Source: an uncultured Eubacteriales bacterium
Lineage (GTDB): Bacteria > Acidobacteriota > Aminicenantia > Aminicenantales > Aminicenantaceae
DNA: 64,000 bases
Reading direction: 5' to 3'
Assembly: GCA_964514305.1 (NCBI GenBank)
Contig: CAZEQD010000001.1
Span: forward strand, 27,181-91,180
Shown here: piece after piece, positions 8,601 through 17,224 of the stretch
How positions within the stretch are numbered: position 1 is the stretch's first letter
How the letters are laid out: each line of letters opens with the position of its first letter
Notes under the pieces: model-generated
Databases searched by the model: none
What the model was told of the DNA's origin: nothing
The model's input: only the letters and a program-made list of their open reading frames with translations
Made by a program: the position numbers and the translations under genes

Positions 8601-10160
8601 ATGGCTAGGCTTTATGAGTACCAAGGCAAAAAACTTCTCAGGGAAGCTGGCTTGCCCGTACCCAAGGGAGAGGTAGTTTCTTCTGCGTCTGAAGGCCGTA
8701 AAATCGCTGAACAACTTGATAGGCCAGTGGCCTTGAAGATGCAGGTCTGGCTGACTGGTAGAGCTGGTTTTGGGGGCATTCAATTTGCCGAGAAACCTCA
8801 ACAGGCTGAGAAACTGGCTGATAAAATGCTGGACACGAAGATTAAAAATTTTGTGGTTGAAAAGCTTCTGGTGGAAGAAAAGCTGGCTATCAAGGCTGAA
8901 TATTTTGTTGGTTTAATAATTGATGATGCCCAAAAAAAACCTGTTCTTATATTCAGCACGGTAGGAGGCACCGGTCTTGAAGAGGTAATTCGTTCCCAGC
9001 CAGAGAGAGTTGCTTATCTATATGTTGATGTCCGGCGTGGTTTGCAGGAATATGAAGTTCGCAATTTTCTGCTTCAATTAGGAATATCCGCTCGGCTCCT
9101 CCATAAATTGTCTGATTTCATAACGAAATTTTATAAGATGGCCCGCAGATACGATGCCCGCTCAGCTGAGATAAATCCTTTGGTCTTAACTGAAGACGAT
9201 AAAATTTATGCTGCCGACTGCCATATAGTAGTGGATGATTATGCAGTCTATCGCCATCCTGAACTGCAAATAGAAGTGGCCAGAGAATTTGACCGTCCGC
9301 CTACTCTTCTGGAAAAAATTGCTTATTGGGTTGAGGAAAAAGATCATCGAGGCACTTTTTATTTTTTTCAGATGGTTGAGGATGTTTCTGGTAAAGAAAA
9401 TTATATAGGTTTTCATGGAGCTGGCGGCGGTGGTTCGATGATGTCTATGGATGCTGTCCTCAGCCGAGGCTTTAAACTGGCTAATTATTGTGATACGAGC
9501 GGTAATCCAGCTGCCAGTAAGGTCTATCGAGCCGCTAAAATTATCCTTTCCCAACCTAATATCAAAGGCTATTTTGCCTCTGGTTCTGGCGTTGCCAGCC
9601 AGGAACAATTTCATTCAGCCCGGGGATTGGTGAAAGCTTTCCATGAGGAAAAGATTGAAATTCCGGCTGTTATCCGCTTGGGTGGTAACTATGAAGAAAA
9701 GGCCATCGAAATTTTAGGTAATTACCTGCGTCATCTGGCGGCTAAAGTAGAAGGCTACGGCCGAGATGACTCGCCTGAGTTTTGCGCTCAAAGGTTAGAA
9801 GAGTTAATTGAGGAGAATAAGGCTAAAAAGCATAAAGTAAGACCTATAAAGGAGCCAGAGATTTCACCTGCGGCTTACTCTTTTGAGACTTTAACAGGGA
9901 AAGTTTATATCGACCACCAGAAGTGTGCTAGTTGCCAAAGCAAAGGCTGTATTCAAGCATGCAGTGCTCAGATATTAAGACTTAAGGAGGGAAAACCTAT
10001 CCTCTCCATTACTCAAGAAGAAGCCAAAAAAGGCAAATGTACAGAATGTTTAGCCTGTGAAATTTATTGCACTTTTCATGAGAAAGCAGCTCTTTACATC
10101 CATCTTCCTATTTTGGGCCTTAAGGAATACCGTAGTAGAATTATCAAGGATAAGAAATGA
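8601..10160 (+). CDS. Succinyl-CoA synthetase beta-like / ATP-citrate lyase beta-like ATP-grasp subunit (candidate citryl-CoA synthetase large subunit) with C-terminal ferredoxin-like Cys cluster
   Basis: MARLYEYQGKKLLREAGLPVP matches the SucC/AclB N-terminus. ATP-grasp and CoA-ligase domains (GGGSMMSMD, NYCDTSGNPA). Extra C-terminal ~110 aa with C-x2-C-x4-C-x3-C ... C-x2-C-x2-C-x3-C. Confidence 0.8.
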   Translation: MARLYEYQGKKLLREAGLPVPKGEVVSSASEGRKIAEQLDRPVALKMQVWLTGRAGFGGIQFAEKPQQAEKLADKMLDTKIKNFVVEKLLVEEKLAIKAEYFVGLIIDDAQKKPVLIFSTVGGTGLEEVIRSQPERVAYLYVDVRRGLQEYEVRNFLLQLGISARLLHKLSDFITKFYKMARRYDARSAEINPLVLTEDDKIYAADCHIVVDDYAVYRHPELQIEVAREFDRPPTLLEKIAYWVEEKDHRGTFYFFQMVEDVSGKENYIGFHGAGGGGSMMSMDAVLSRGFKLANYCDTSGNPAASKVYRAAKIILSQPNIKGYFASGSGVASQEQFHSARGLVKAFHEEKIEIPAVIRLGGNYEEKAIEILGNYLRHLAAKVEGYGRDDSPEFCAQRLEELIEENKAKKHKVRPIKEPEISPAAYSFETLTGKVYIDHQKCASCQSKGCIQACSAQILRLKEGKPILSITQEEAKKGKCTECLACEIYCTFHEKAALYIHLPILGLKEYRSRIIKDKK

Positions 10161-10165
10161 TTGAA

Positions 10166-10280
10166 GTTTAAGGTTTAAAGTGAAAAGTGAAAAGTAAGAA
10201 GTGAGAAGTGAAGAGTGGGAAGTTAGGAGTTGAAGGTTTAAGGTTAATTTCTTTAAACTTTCAACTTTAAACTTTAAACC
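10166..10280. repeat. Intergenic array of phased 7-nt repeats (12 heptads: gtttaag gtttaaa gtgaaaa gtgaaaa gtaagaa gtgagaa gtgaaga gtgggaa gttagga gttgaag gtttaag gttaatt) followed by inverted GTTTAAA heptads
   Basis: Strict 7-nt periodicity over about 84 nt on the + strand. Then tttaaactttcaactttaaactttaaacc, which is the same heptad on the opposite strand. Sits between the beta-like and alpha-like subunit genes. Confidence 0.7.
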
Positions 10281-10294
10281 AATAAGAGGTTTTA

Positions 10295-11191
10295 ATGTCC
10301 ATTCTGGTTAACAAAAAATCAAGAGTTTGTGTGCAGGGAATTACCGGAAGAGAAGGCATGGTCCGAACTAAATTGATGCTTGATTATGGTACTCAAGTAG
10401 TAGCTGGGGTGACTCCAGGGAAGGGAGGAAAAGAAGTTTATGGAGTTCCTGTTTTCGATTCTGTCCAGCAAGCTATGACTAAAGTTGGTCAGCTCGACAT
10501 CAGTGTTATTTTTGTTCCCGCTCCCTTAGTCAAAAACGCAGCCTTAGAGGCAATAGATGCCGGCATTAAACTTCTTGTTCTTATTCCCGACCGAGTGCCT
10601 ATTTATGATGTTCTGGAAATTATAAGTTTTGCCCAAGAGAGAGGAGCTCGATTTGTGGGACCTAATACTCTGGGTCTGATCAGTCCGGGGAAAGCAGTCT
10701 TAGGTATGATAGGAGGTCGAGCCGAAAGAGCCAGAGAATGGTTTCAACCTGGAACGATCGGGGTCAGTTCCCGAAGTGGAGGCATGACTTCAGCAATTTC
10801 CTATTATCTAACTCAGGTAGGCCTCGGTCAGAGTACCATCGTTCATGTGGGCGGGGATGCTGTTTTAGGCCTTTCTCATCCAGAAATTATGGAGCTTTTT
10901 GAAAAAGATGAGCAAACAGAAATGGTCGTTATGTTTGGGGAAATAGGGACAACACAAGAGGAAAGAGTAGCTGATTTAATTAAGGAAGGGAAATTTACTA
11001 AGCCTCTTATTGCCTTTATAGGTGGCAAAGCCGCTAAATCCGGGACAAGATTTTCCCATGCGGGGGCTATTGTTGAAGGTTCTAAAGGCTCCTATGAAAC
11101 TAAAGTCAAGAAATTGAGGGAGGTTGGAGTTCATATTGCTCATTCGATCTCTGATATTCCCAATTTAGCTCTGCGCTTAAAAATATCCTAA
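10295..11191 (+). CDS. Succinyl-CoA synthetase alpha-like / ATP-citrate lyase alpha N-terminal-like CoA-binding subunit (candidate citryl-CoA synthetase small subunit)
   Basis: Collinear match to SucD: ...VQGITGREG..., GVTPGKGG, SRSGGMTS, phosphohistidine loop SHAGAI. RBS aagaggttttaATG. Confidence 0.85.
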   Translation: MSILVNKKSRVCVQGITGREGMVRTKLMLDYGTQVVAGVTPGKGGKEVYGVPVFDSVQQAMTKVGQLDISVIFVPAPLVKNAALEAIDAGIKLLVLIPDRVPIYDVLEIISFAQERGARFVGPNTLGLISPGKAVLGMIGGRAERAREWFQPGTIGVSSRSGGMTSAISYYLTQVGLGQSTIVHVGGDAVLGLSHPEIMELFEKDEQTEMVVMFGEIGTTQEERVADLIKEGKFTKPLIAFIGGKAAKSGTRFSHAGAIVEGSKGSYETKVKKLREVGVHIAHSISDIPNLALRLKIS

Positions 11192-11202
11192 GGAGACAAA
11201 CC

Positions 11203-11979
11203 ATGAGTGAACTTCATTGGAAAACCTCAATAACCGATATTAAGCCCAATAAAATTTGTGTAAGGGGTTATGCTGTAGACAAGTTGATGGGCAAAGTGTC
11301 TTTTGCTCAAGCTATTTATCTGATTTTAAAGGGGGAACTTCCTCCAGTGGAAGTAGGTAAATTAATTGAGGCTATTCTCGTTTCTTCAATTGATCATGGA
11401 GCTAGTCCTCCTTCGGTTTTAACAGCTCGAACTGTAGCTTCAACCGGAGCCGAGCTAAATGCGGCCATTGCCGCCGGCATTCTGGCTATTTCCCATTACC
11501 ACGGAGGAGCAGTGGAAGAAGGGATGCAACTTTTTTTAGAGGTTGACAGGAGGGCAACCAGCAAGAATATTTCCATCAGGAAAGCAGTTGCTGAAATATT
11601 AAAGGAAATGAAAGATAAGAAAAAAAGGGCTTCCGGTTTTGGCCATCGATTTCATTCTCAGGATCCGAGAACTAAAAAGCTTTTTTCCCTGGCTGAGGAG
11701 CTTGGCCTGGCCGGCAAGTTTGTAAAAATTGCTTTAACTATAGAAGAAGAATTAGCTGATCTTGTGGGCCACCCTCTGCCCCTAAATGTCGATGGGGCCA
11801 TAGCTGCTCTTCTTTGCGAGCTAGACATACCTCCAGAAATAGGCAATGCTTTCTTTATTATGGCGCGAGTTCCTGGACTGGTAGCCCATATCCATGAAGA
11901 AAAGAGCAGAATGAAACCAATGAGGAAGATCCATCCCCAGGATTATGAATATGACGGTCCCCCGGAGAGAGATTTATGA
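11203..11979 (+). CDS. Citrate synthase-like small protein (candidate citryl-CoA lyase)
   Basis: 258 aa with the citrate-synthase catalytic-domain motifs HYHGGA, GFGHRFHSQDPR, NVDG, ARVPGLVAHIHEE, but no CS N-terminal domain. That size and content fit the citryl-CoA lyase / AclA C-terminal family. Confidence 0.7.
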   Translation: MSELHWKTSITDIKPNKICVRGYAVDKLMGKVSFAQAIYLILKGELPPVEVGKLIEAILVSSIDHGASPPSVLTARTVASTGAELNAAIAAGILAISHYHGGAVEEGMQLFLEVDRRATSKNISIRKAVAEILKEMKDKKKRASGFGHRFHSQDPRTKKLFSLAEELGLAGKFVKIALTIEEELADLVGHPLPLNVDGAIAALLCELDIPPEIGNAFFIMARVPGLVAHIHEEKSRMKPMRKIHPQDYEYDGPPERDL

Positions 11980-12512
11980 TGGCCAGTCGAATTACATCTT
12001 TAATTCCTGAGTTTAATCTTATTGAAGATAGCCAGCTTCGTCAGCAAACAATTAAGGTCTGGCAGGAGGCAATAAAAAGTAGAAGCTGGACCTTGGAGGA
12101 TCTGAAAGCCATGCCTTTCACATTGTTGATTGAGGAAGCTCAGGTTAACATAATCCAGCATACCCGAGCTGTTACTATCTGTGCGTATAAAATTGGCCAA
12201 GTTTTAAAGAAGGAATACAGGGATAAAATCAGTCTTAACCAAGATTATCTGGTAGCAGGTGCCCTCCTTCATGATGTGGGTAAGCTTTTTGAGTTTAAGA
12301 GAGAGGCTAAAAAATTTGTCAAAAGTGAGGAAGGCAAGTTAATCCGTCATCCCATATCTGGGGCTGCATTTGCTTCTAAATATGGGCTTCCCTCCGAAAT
12401 CATTCATATTATCGCTGCGCATTCTAAAGAAGGAGACGGGGCCAGAAGGACGTTGGAAGCGGTCATCGTCCATCATGCTGATTTTATTAACTTTGAAATT
12501 TTCTTAGAATAA
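11976..12512 (+). CDS. HD domain phosphohydrolase
   Basis: HDVGK motif plus a downstream HHADF-type metal ligand. 178 aa. Overlaps and is coupled to the upstream gene. Confidence 0.65.
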   Translation: MMASRITSLIPEFNLIEDSQLRQQTIKVWQEAIKSRSWTLEDLKAMPFTLLIEEAQVNIIQHTRAVTICAYKIGQVLKKEYRDKISLNQDYLVAGALLHDVGKLFEFKREAKKFVKSEEGKLIRHPISGAAFASKYGLPSEIIHIIAAHSKEGDGARRTLEAVIVHHADFINFEIFLE

Positions 12513-12533
12513 AAGTAAAAGAGGAGAAATTAT

Positions 12534-13787
12534 TTGGGTAAGACATTTACCGAAAAAATTCTAAGCCTTAAGGCGGGTCGAGATGTTAAAGCTGGTGATA
12601 TTGTTACCGTCTCTCCAGATTACATTCTTTCTCACGATAATTCAGCAGCTATTATCCAAGAGTTTAAGAAGCTGGGTCTGGCCAAGATGAGGTGGCCCCA
12701 AAAGGTGGTTATCGTTTTGGATCATGTGGTTCCCGCTTCCTCGGAAAAATACGCTCTCAATCATAAGATAATCAGGCAGTTTGTAGCAGCCCAGAAAATA
12801 AAAAATTTTTTTGACATTTCGCGGGGAATATGCCACCAGGTTTTTTTTGAAGAAGGATTTGCCTTGCCAGGGAAGTTGATCTTAGGAGCCGATTCCCATA
12901 CTACCTTGGCTGGAGCTTTGGGCGCTTTTGCCGCTGGCATCGGCCGTTCAGAAGTAGCCGCTCTATGGGCGACAGATGAGATCTGGCTAAAGGTTCCTCC
13001 TACTATAAAAATTGAAATAGAAGGCAAAATCCCTGATGGAGTTTATGCCAAAGATATTATTCTCCATATAATTGGTCAGGAAGGAGCTGATAGAGCTAAT
13101 TACAGATCAGTTGAATTTTGGGGGAAAACAGCAAAAGAAATGAGCCTTTCTTCTCGACTGGTTCTGGCCAATATGGCGGCAGAAATGGGGGCCAAAAATG
13201 CTTTCTTTGCACCTGACAATAAAACAGAACAATGGCTATCTGGAAGGGCGAGGAGCGATTTCCAGCCCATTATTCCCGATCCAGAGGCTGATTATGAAGA
13301 TATTCTTCGATATGATATTTCTCAACTGGACCCTCAAGTTGCCTGTCCCCACAGGGTAGATAATGTCTGCCCCATCTCAGAAGTGGAAGGGCTGAAGTTC
13401 GATCAGGCAGTGATAGGTACCTGCACCAATGGTCGGGCTGAAGACCTGGAAGTAGCTGCTAAACTTTTGAAAGGAAAAAACATCCATCCTGGAGTGAGAG
13501 TTATAATTATTCCCGCTTCCTGCCTGGTCTACCTCCAGGCACTGCAAGCAGGTTGGTTGGAAGATTTATCCAAGGCAGGCTGCTTAATTTTAAATCCAGG
13601 TTGTGGGCCTTGCCTTGGAGCCCATGAGGGAGTTTTGGCCCCAGGAGAAGTGGCTTTGTCTACAGCCAACCGTAATTTTCGGGGAAGGATGGGAAGCAGA
13701 GAGGCTGAAATTTACCTGGCTTCGCCGGCCACTGTGGCCGCTTCTTCTTTGGAAGGAAAAATCACAGACCCTAGGAAATATCTATGA
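12534..13787 (+). CDS. Aconitase-family dehydratase large subunit, archaeal-type (3-isopropylmalate/homoaconitate/aconitate hydratase LeuC/HacA-like)
   Basis: 417 aa, MGKTFTEKIL... N-terminus typical of archaeal-type LeuC. GICHQV and Fe-S Cys motifs (GTCTNGR, PGCGPCLG). Confidence 0.85.
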   Translation: MGKTFTEKILSLKAGRDVKAGDIVTVSPDYILSHDNSAAIIQEFKKLGLAKMRWPQKVVIVLDHVVPASSEKYALNHKIIRQFVAAQKIKNFFDISRGICHQVFFEEGFALPGKLILGADSHTTLAGALGAFAAGIGRSEVAALWATDEIWLKVPPTIKIEIEGKIPDGVYAKDIILHIIGQEGADRANYRSVEFWGKTAKEMSLSSRLVLANMAAEMGAKNAFFAPDNKTEQWLSGRARSDFQPIIPDPEADYEDILRYDISQLDPQVACPHRVDNVCPISEVEGLKFDQAVIGTCTNGRAEDLEVAAKLLKGKNIHPGVRVIIIPASCLVYLQALQAGWLEDLSKAGCLILNPGCGPCLGAHEGVLAPGEVALSTANRNFRGRMGSREAEIYLASPATVAASSLEGKITDPRKYL

Positions 13788-14293
13788 AAAAAGGAAGAGT
13801 CTGGAGATATGGAGATAGCGTCAATACAGATGTTATCTTTCCCGGAAAATATACTTATTCTATTCAAGAGCCTAAGGAAATGGCTGCTCATGCTCTGGAG
13901 GATCTTGACCCTCAGTTTTCAAAGAAAGTAAGGCCAGGTGATGTTATTGTAGCCGGCTCGAATTTTGGCTGTGGCAGTTCAAGGGAGCAGGCGGCCACCT
14001 GTCTTAAATATGCTGGTCTGCAGGCGGTTATTGCTAAATCTTTTGCCCGGATTTTCTTTCGGAATGCCATTAATCAGGGACTACCTGTTATTCAGTCCCC
14101 TCAAGCTGTGGAGAATATTGCCAATGGCGAAGAAATTGCCATCGATTTTACTCGGGGTAAAATCAAAACCAAAACTAAATCCTTTAACTTTGAGCCTCTG
14201 CCTGATTATATCTTAAAGATTCTTGAGGCTGGAGGTCTTATTGCCTACGTTAAGAAAAAGCTGAAAAATACAAACAGGAGTAGAACAAAATGA
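13784..14293 (+). CDS. Aconitase-family dehydratase small subunit (LeuD/HacB-like)
   Basis: 169 aa, [14 protein letters not shown] and [13 protein letters not shown] swivel-domain motifs. Coupled to the large subunit. Confidence 0.8.
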   Translation: MKKGRVWRYGDSVNTDVIFPGKYTYSIQEPKEMAAHALEDLDPQFSKKVRPGDVIVAGSNFGCGSSREQAATCLKYAGLQAVIAKSFARIFFRNAINQGLPVIQSPQAVENIANGEEIAIDFTRGKIKTKTKSFNFEPLPDYILKILEAGGLIAYVKKKLKNTNRSRTK

Positions 14294-15405
14294 GTAAATA
14301 TAAAATTGCTCTTTTGCCTGGCGATGGAGTAGGTCAGGACATCATGGAGGCAGCCATGATAGTTCTGGAGAGGATTGGTCTTGAAGCGGACTATGTTTAT
14401 GGTGATATTGGCTGGAGATTCTGGTGTCAGGAAGGAAATCCGCTGCCCGAACGGACTATCAGCCTCCTTAAGGAAACAGATGTCTGTCTTTTCGGAGCTA
14501 TAACTTCCAAGCCCAAGGAGGATGCTCTAAAAGAACTTAACCCTGATTTAAGAGGAAGGGGTTATGTCTATTTCAGCCCTATAGTACGTCTCCGCCAGGA
14601 ATTTGATCTTTATACTAATTTAAGGCCCTGCAAAGCTTATGCGGGCAATCCCCTTAATTACAGAGATAATATAGATTTGGTTATCTTCAGAGAGAATACT
14701 GAAGGTATGTATGCTGGCGTTGAATTTTACCCTCTGCCTGATCAGGTAAGAGAAGCTTTGCTCATTCACCCTAAAATGAAAAAGTTCCAGGATGTTCCTG
14801 TCGAAGAAATTGCTCTTTCCACCCGGATAATGACCAAGAAAGCCTGTAGCAGAATCCTGCGAAGAGCTTTTAATTATGCCCGGAGATATAAGCGGAGATC
14901 CGTGACTCTTGTCGAAAAACCGAATGTGCTCAGAGAAACAGGAGGATTTATCCTGGAAATAGCCCGGCAAATGGCTAAAGAGTATCCTGAAATTGAGTTC
15001 AGAGAAGCTAATATCGATGCCATGGCCATGTGGTTGGTCAAAAATCCTCAAGATTATGATGTCTTAGTGGCTGAGAATTTGTTTGGAGATATTATCTCTG
15101 ATCTTTCAGCTCAATTGGTAGGTGGTTTAGGTTTTGCCTGCAGCGGGAATATAGGTGATGATTATGCTCTTTTTGAACCCACCCATGGTTCTGCTCCTAA
15201 ATATAGCGGCCTCTACAAGGTGAATCCCATAGCCATGCTCCTGGCCACAAAAATGATGCTTGATTGGTTAGGTGAGGAGGATTTAGCTAAAAACTTGGAA
15301 AGGGCAGTAGCCCAAGTTATTAAAGAAGGTAAAGTAAGGACCTATGATTTAGGGGGTAACTCTTCGACACTGGATGTTGCCCGAGAAGTTGCTTCAAAAC
15401 TTTAG
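14290..15405 (+). CDS. Isocitrate/isopropylmalate/homoisocitrate dehydrogenase family protein
   Basis: 371 aa. IALLPGDGVGQDI, LRQEFDLYTNLRP, NLFGDIISDL and FEPTHGSAPK motifs of the beta-decarboxylating dehydrogenase family. Substrate cannot be assigned from sequence. Confidence 0.85.
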   Translation: MSKYKIALLPGDGVGQDIMEAAMIVLERIGLEADYVYGDIGWRFWCQEGNPLPERTISLLKETDVCLFGAITSKPKEDALKELNPDLRGRGYVYFSPIVRLRQEFDLYTNLRPCKAYAGNPLNYRDNIDLVIFRENTEGMYAGVEFYPLPDQVREALLIHPKMKKFQDVPVEEIALSTRIMTKKACSRILRRAFNYARRYKRRSVTLVEKPNVLRETGGFILEIARQMAKEYPEIEFREANIDAMAMWLVKNPQDYDVLVAENLFGDIISDLSAQLVGGLGFACSGNIGDDYALFEPTHGSAPKYSGLYKVNPIAMLLATKMMLDWLGEEDLAKNLERAVAQVIKEGKVRTYDLGGNSSTLDVAREVASKL

Positions 15406-15419
15406 GAATATATAAAAAA

Positions 15420-16670
15420 ATGGGTCAGACTATTATCGAAAAAATCATTCAAAGCCATACCCAGGAAGAAGTCAGACCTGGTAAAATTGTCTGGCTGGAT
15501 CTGGATATCAGGTCGGCCAGGGATTTCGGCGGCCCCAATGTTGTCCGCAACTACGAGAGGGAATATGGGGATAAACCAGTGGCTGATAGCCGTAAAACCT
15601 TTTTCACTTTTGATCTTTGTGCTCCGGCCTGTTCTTTAAAATATGCCGATAACCAGCAGCTTTGTCGTTTATTTGCTCGCCGTCAGAATATAAAAGTTTT
15701 TGATGTTGATCAAGGTATAGGTTCCCATGTTATGATAGAAGAGGGCTTGGCTAAAGCCAGGACTACCGTTGTCGGTACTGACAGTCATTTCAACATTCTG
15801 GGAGCAGTAGGCAGCTTTGGTCAGGGCATGGGCGATGTCGATATTGCCTTTGCCTTTAGAACAGGCCGAACCTGGTTTGAGGTACCGGAAACAGTAAAAA
15901 TTATTCTTAAGGGCAAGTTTTCTTTTCCGACCACAGCTAAGGATGTGACTCTTTTTATCCTAAAAAACCTGGGGACTTCTAAAGCAGCCTTAAAGGCAAT
16001 TGAATTTTATGGGGAAGCGTTGAGGCAGTTTTCTTTAGCTGAACGGATCACTCTCTGTTCGATGGTTACTGAGATGGCCGGCATTATTGGTTTTATCCCT
16101 GAATTTAAGGCTCAGACAAAAGCTGAAATAGAAAAAGTTTCAGGAGTGGAATTTAATCCCTTTCAAGCTGATGAGGATGCTTACTATACTGAGACAATTG
16201 GGATTGACATTGATGGTCTCCAGCCTCAGGTAGCTGCTCCTTTTTCCCCAACCAACGTTAGACCGGTCTCTGACTTAAAAGGAGTGAGGATCGACTCTGG
16301 CTTTATTGGTTCCTGTACAAATGGACGAGTGGAAGATTTTGCTTTGGCCAGTCGTATTTTAGCCGGCAGAAAAATAAAGCCTGGGATAATGCTTAAAATA
16401 GCCCCGGCCACCAGGCTGGTCTATCAACAGATGCTGGAAAAGGGGCTGATTAAAGAACTTTTTCAGAGTGGAGCCATTATTGATAGTCCTGGCTGTGGAG
16501 GATGTGCTGAAGGGCATATCGGTCTTACCGGAGAAGGCGAAATTCAAATAAGCAGTGCCAACAGAAATTTCGCCGGTAAACAAGGTAAGGGTCAAACCTA
16601 CCTGGCCAGCCCTGCTGTGGTTGCTGCCTCTTGTGTTTTAGGTCATATTGCCAGCCCGGAGGATTTATAA
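15420..16670 (+). CDS. Second aconitase-family dehydratase large subunit (archaeal-type LeuC/HacA-like paralog)
   Basis: 416 aa, MGQTIIEKII..., GTDSHF, GSCTNGR, PGCGGCAEG. Paralogous to 12534-13787. Confidence 0.8.
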   Translation: MGQTIIEKIIQSHTQEEVRPGKIVWLDLDIRSARDFGGPNVVRNYEREYGDKPVADSRKTFFTFDLCAPACSLKYADNQQLCRLFARRQNIKVFDVDQGIGSHVMIEEGLAKARTTVVGTDSHFNILGAVGSFGQGMGDVDIAFAFRTGRTWFEVPETVKIILKGKFSFPTTAKDVTLFILKNLGTSKAALKAIEFYGEALRQFSLAERITLCSMVTEMAGIIGFIPEFKAQTKAEIEKVSGVEFNPFQADEDAYYTETIGIDIDGLQPQVAAPFSPTNVRPVSDLKGVRIDSGFIGSCTNGRVEDFALASRILAGRKIKPGIMLKIAPATRLVYQQMLEKGLIKELFQSGAIIDSPGCGGCAEGHIGLTGEGEIQISSANRNFAGKQGKGQTYLASPAVVAASCVLGHIASPEDL

Positions 16671-17211
16671 AGTGAAAAAAAGCAGATTAAAAGGAAGGCT
16701 GTGGGTCCTTTGTGATAGCCAAGGTCAGTTGCTGGAAGATATTGATACCGATCAAATTTATCATAATGCATACCTCTACATTACTGATGTAGCCCAAATG
16801 GGTCAATATGCTCTGGGAAGTCTGAAAGGCTGGAAAGATTTTTCCCGAAAAGCTTCGGCCGGGGATATTATTGTGGCCGGCCGCAATTTTGGAGCCGGAT
16901 CTTCCAGACAGCAGGCAGTGGATTGTTTTATTTCTCTGGGAATATCGATGATTATGGCTCCTTCTTTTGGGGCCATTTATTTTAGAAATGCTGTTAATTC
17001 TGGCTTTCCTGTGCTCAGGAGTGCTGAAATTGAGTCATTAGTCAGGAATAAAGAATTGGAAAGTGGAGATATAGTCAAGGTTGATTTCAGACAGGGCCAG
17101 GCTATAAACATAACTAAAAAGATCTCTTTTACTTTAGAGTCCATGAGTGATGTCCAATACCAAATATACTTGGCCGGGGGATTATTCAGATATGGACGGA
17201 AGTTAAGATAA
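16648..17211 (+). CDS. Second aconitase-family small subunit (divergent LeuD-like)
   Basis: 187 aa, DIDTDQIYH and GRNFGAGSSRQQA motifs. Overlaps and is coupled to the large subunit. Confidence 0.7.
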   Translation: MPARRIYKVKKSRLKGRLWVLCDSQGQLLEDIDTDQIYHNAYLYITDVAQMGQYALGSLKGWKDFSRKASAGDIIVAGRNFGAGSSRQQAVDCFISLGISMIMAPSFGAIYFRNAVNSGFPVLRSAEIESLVRNKELESGDIVKVDFRQGQAINITKKISFTLESMSDVQYQIYLAGGLFRYGRKLR

Positions 17212-17224
17212 AGTTCCATCAAAT

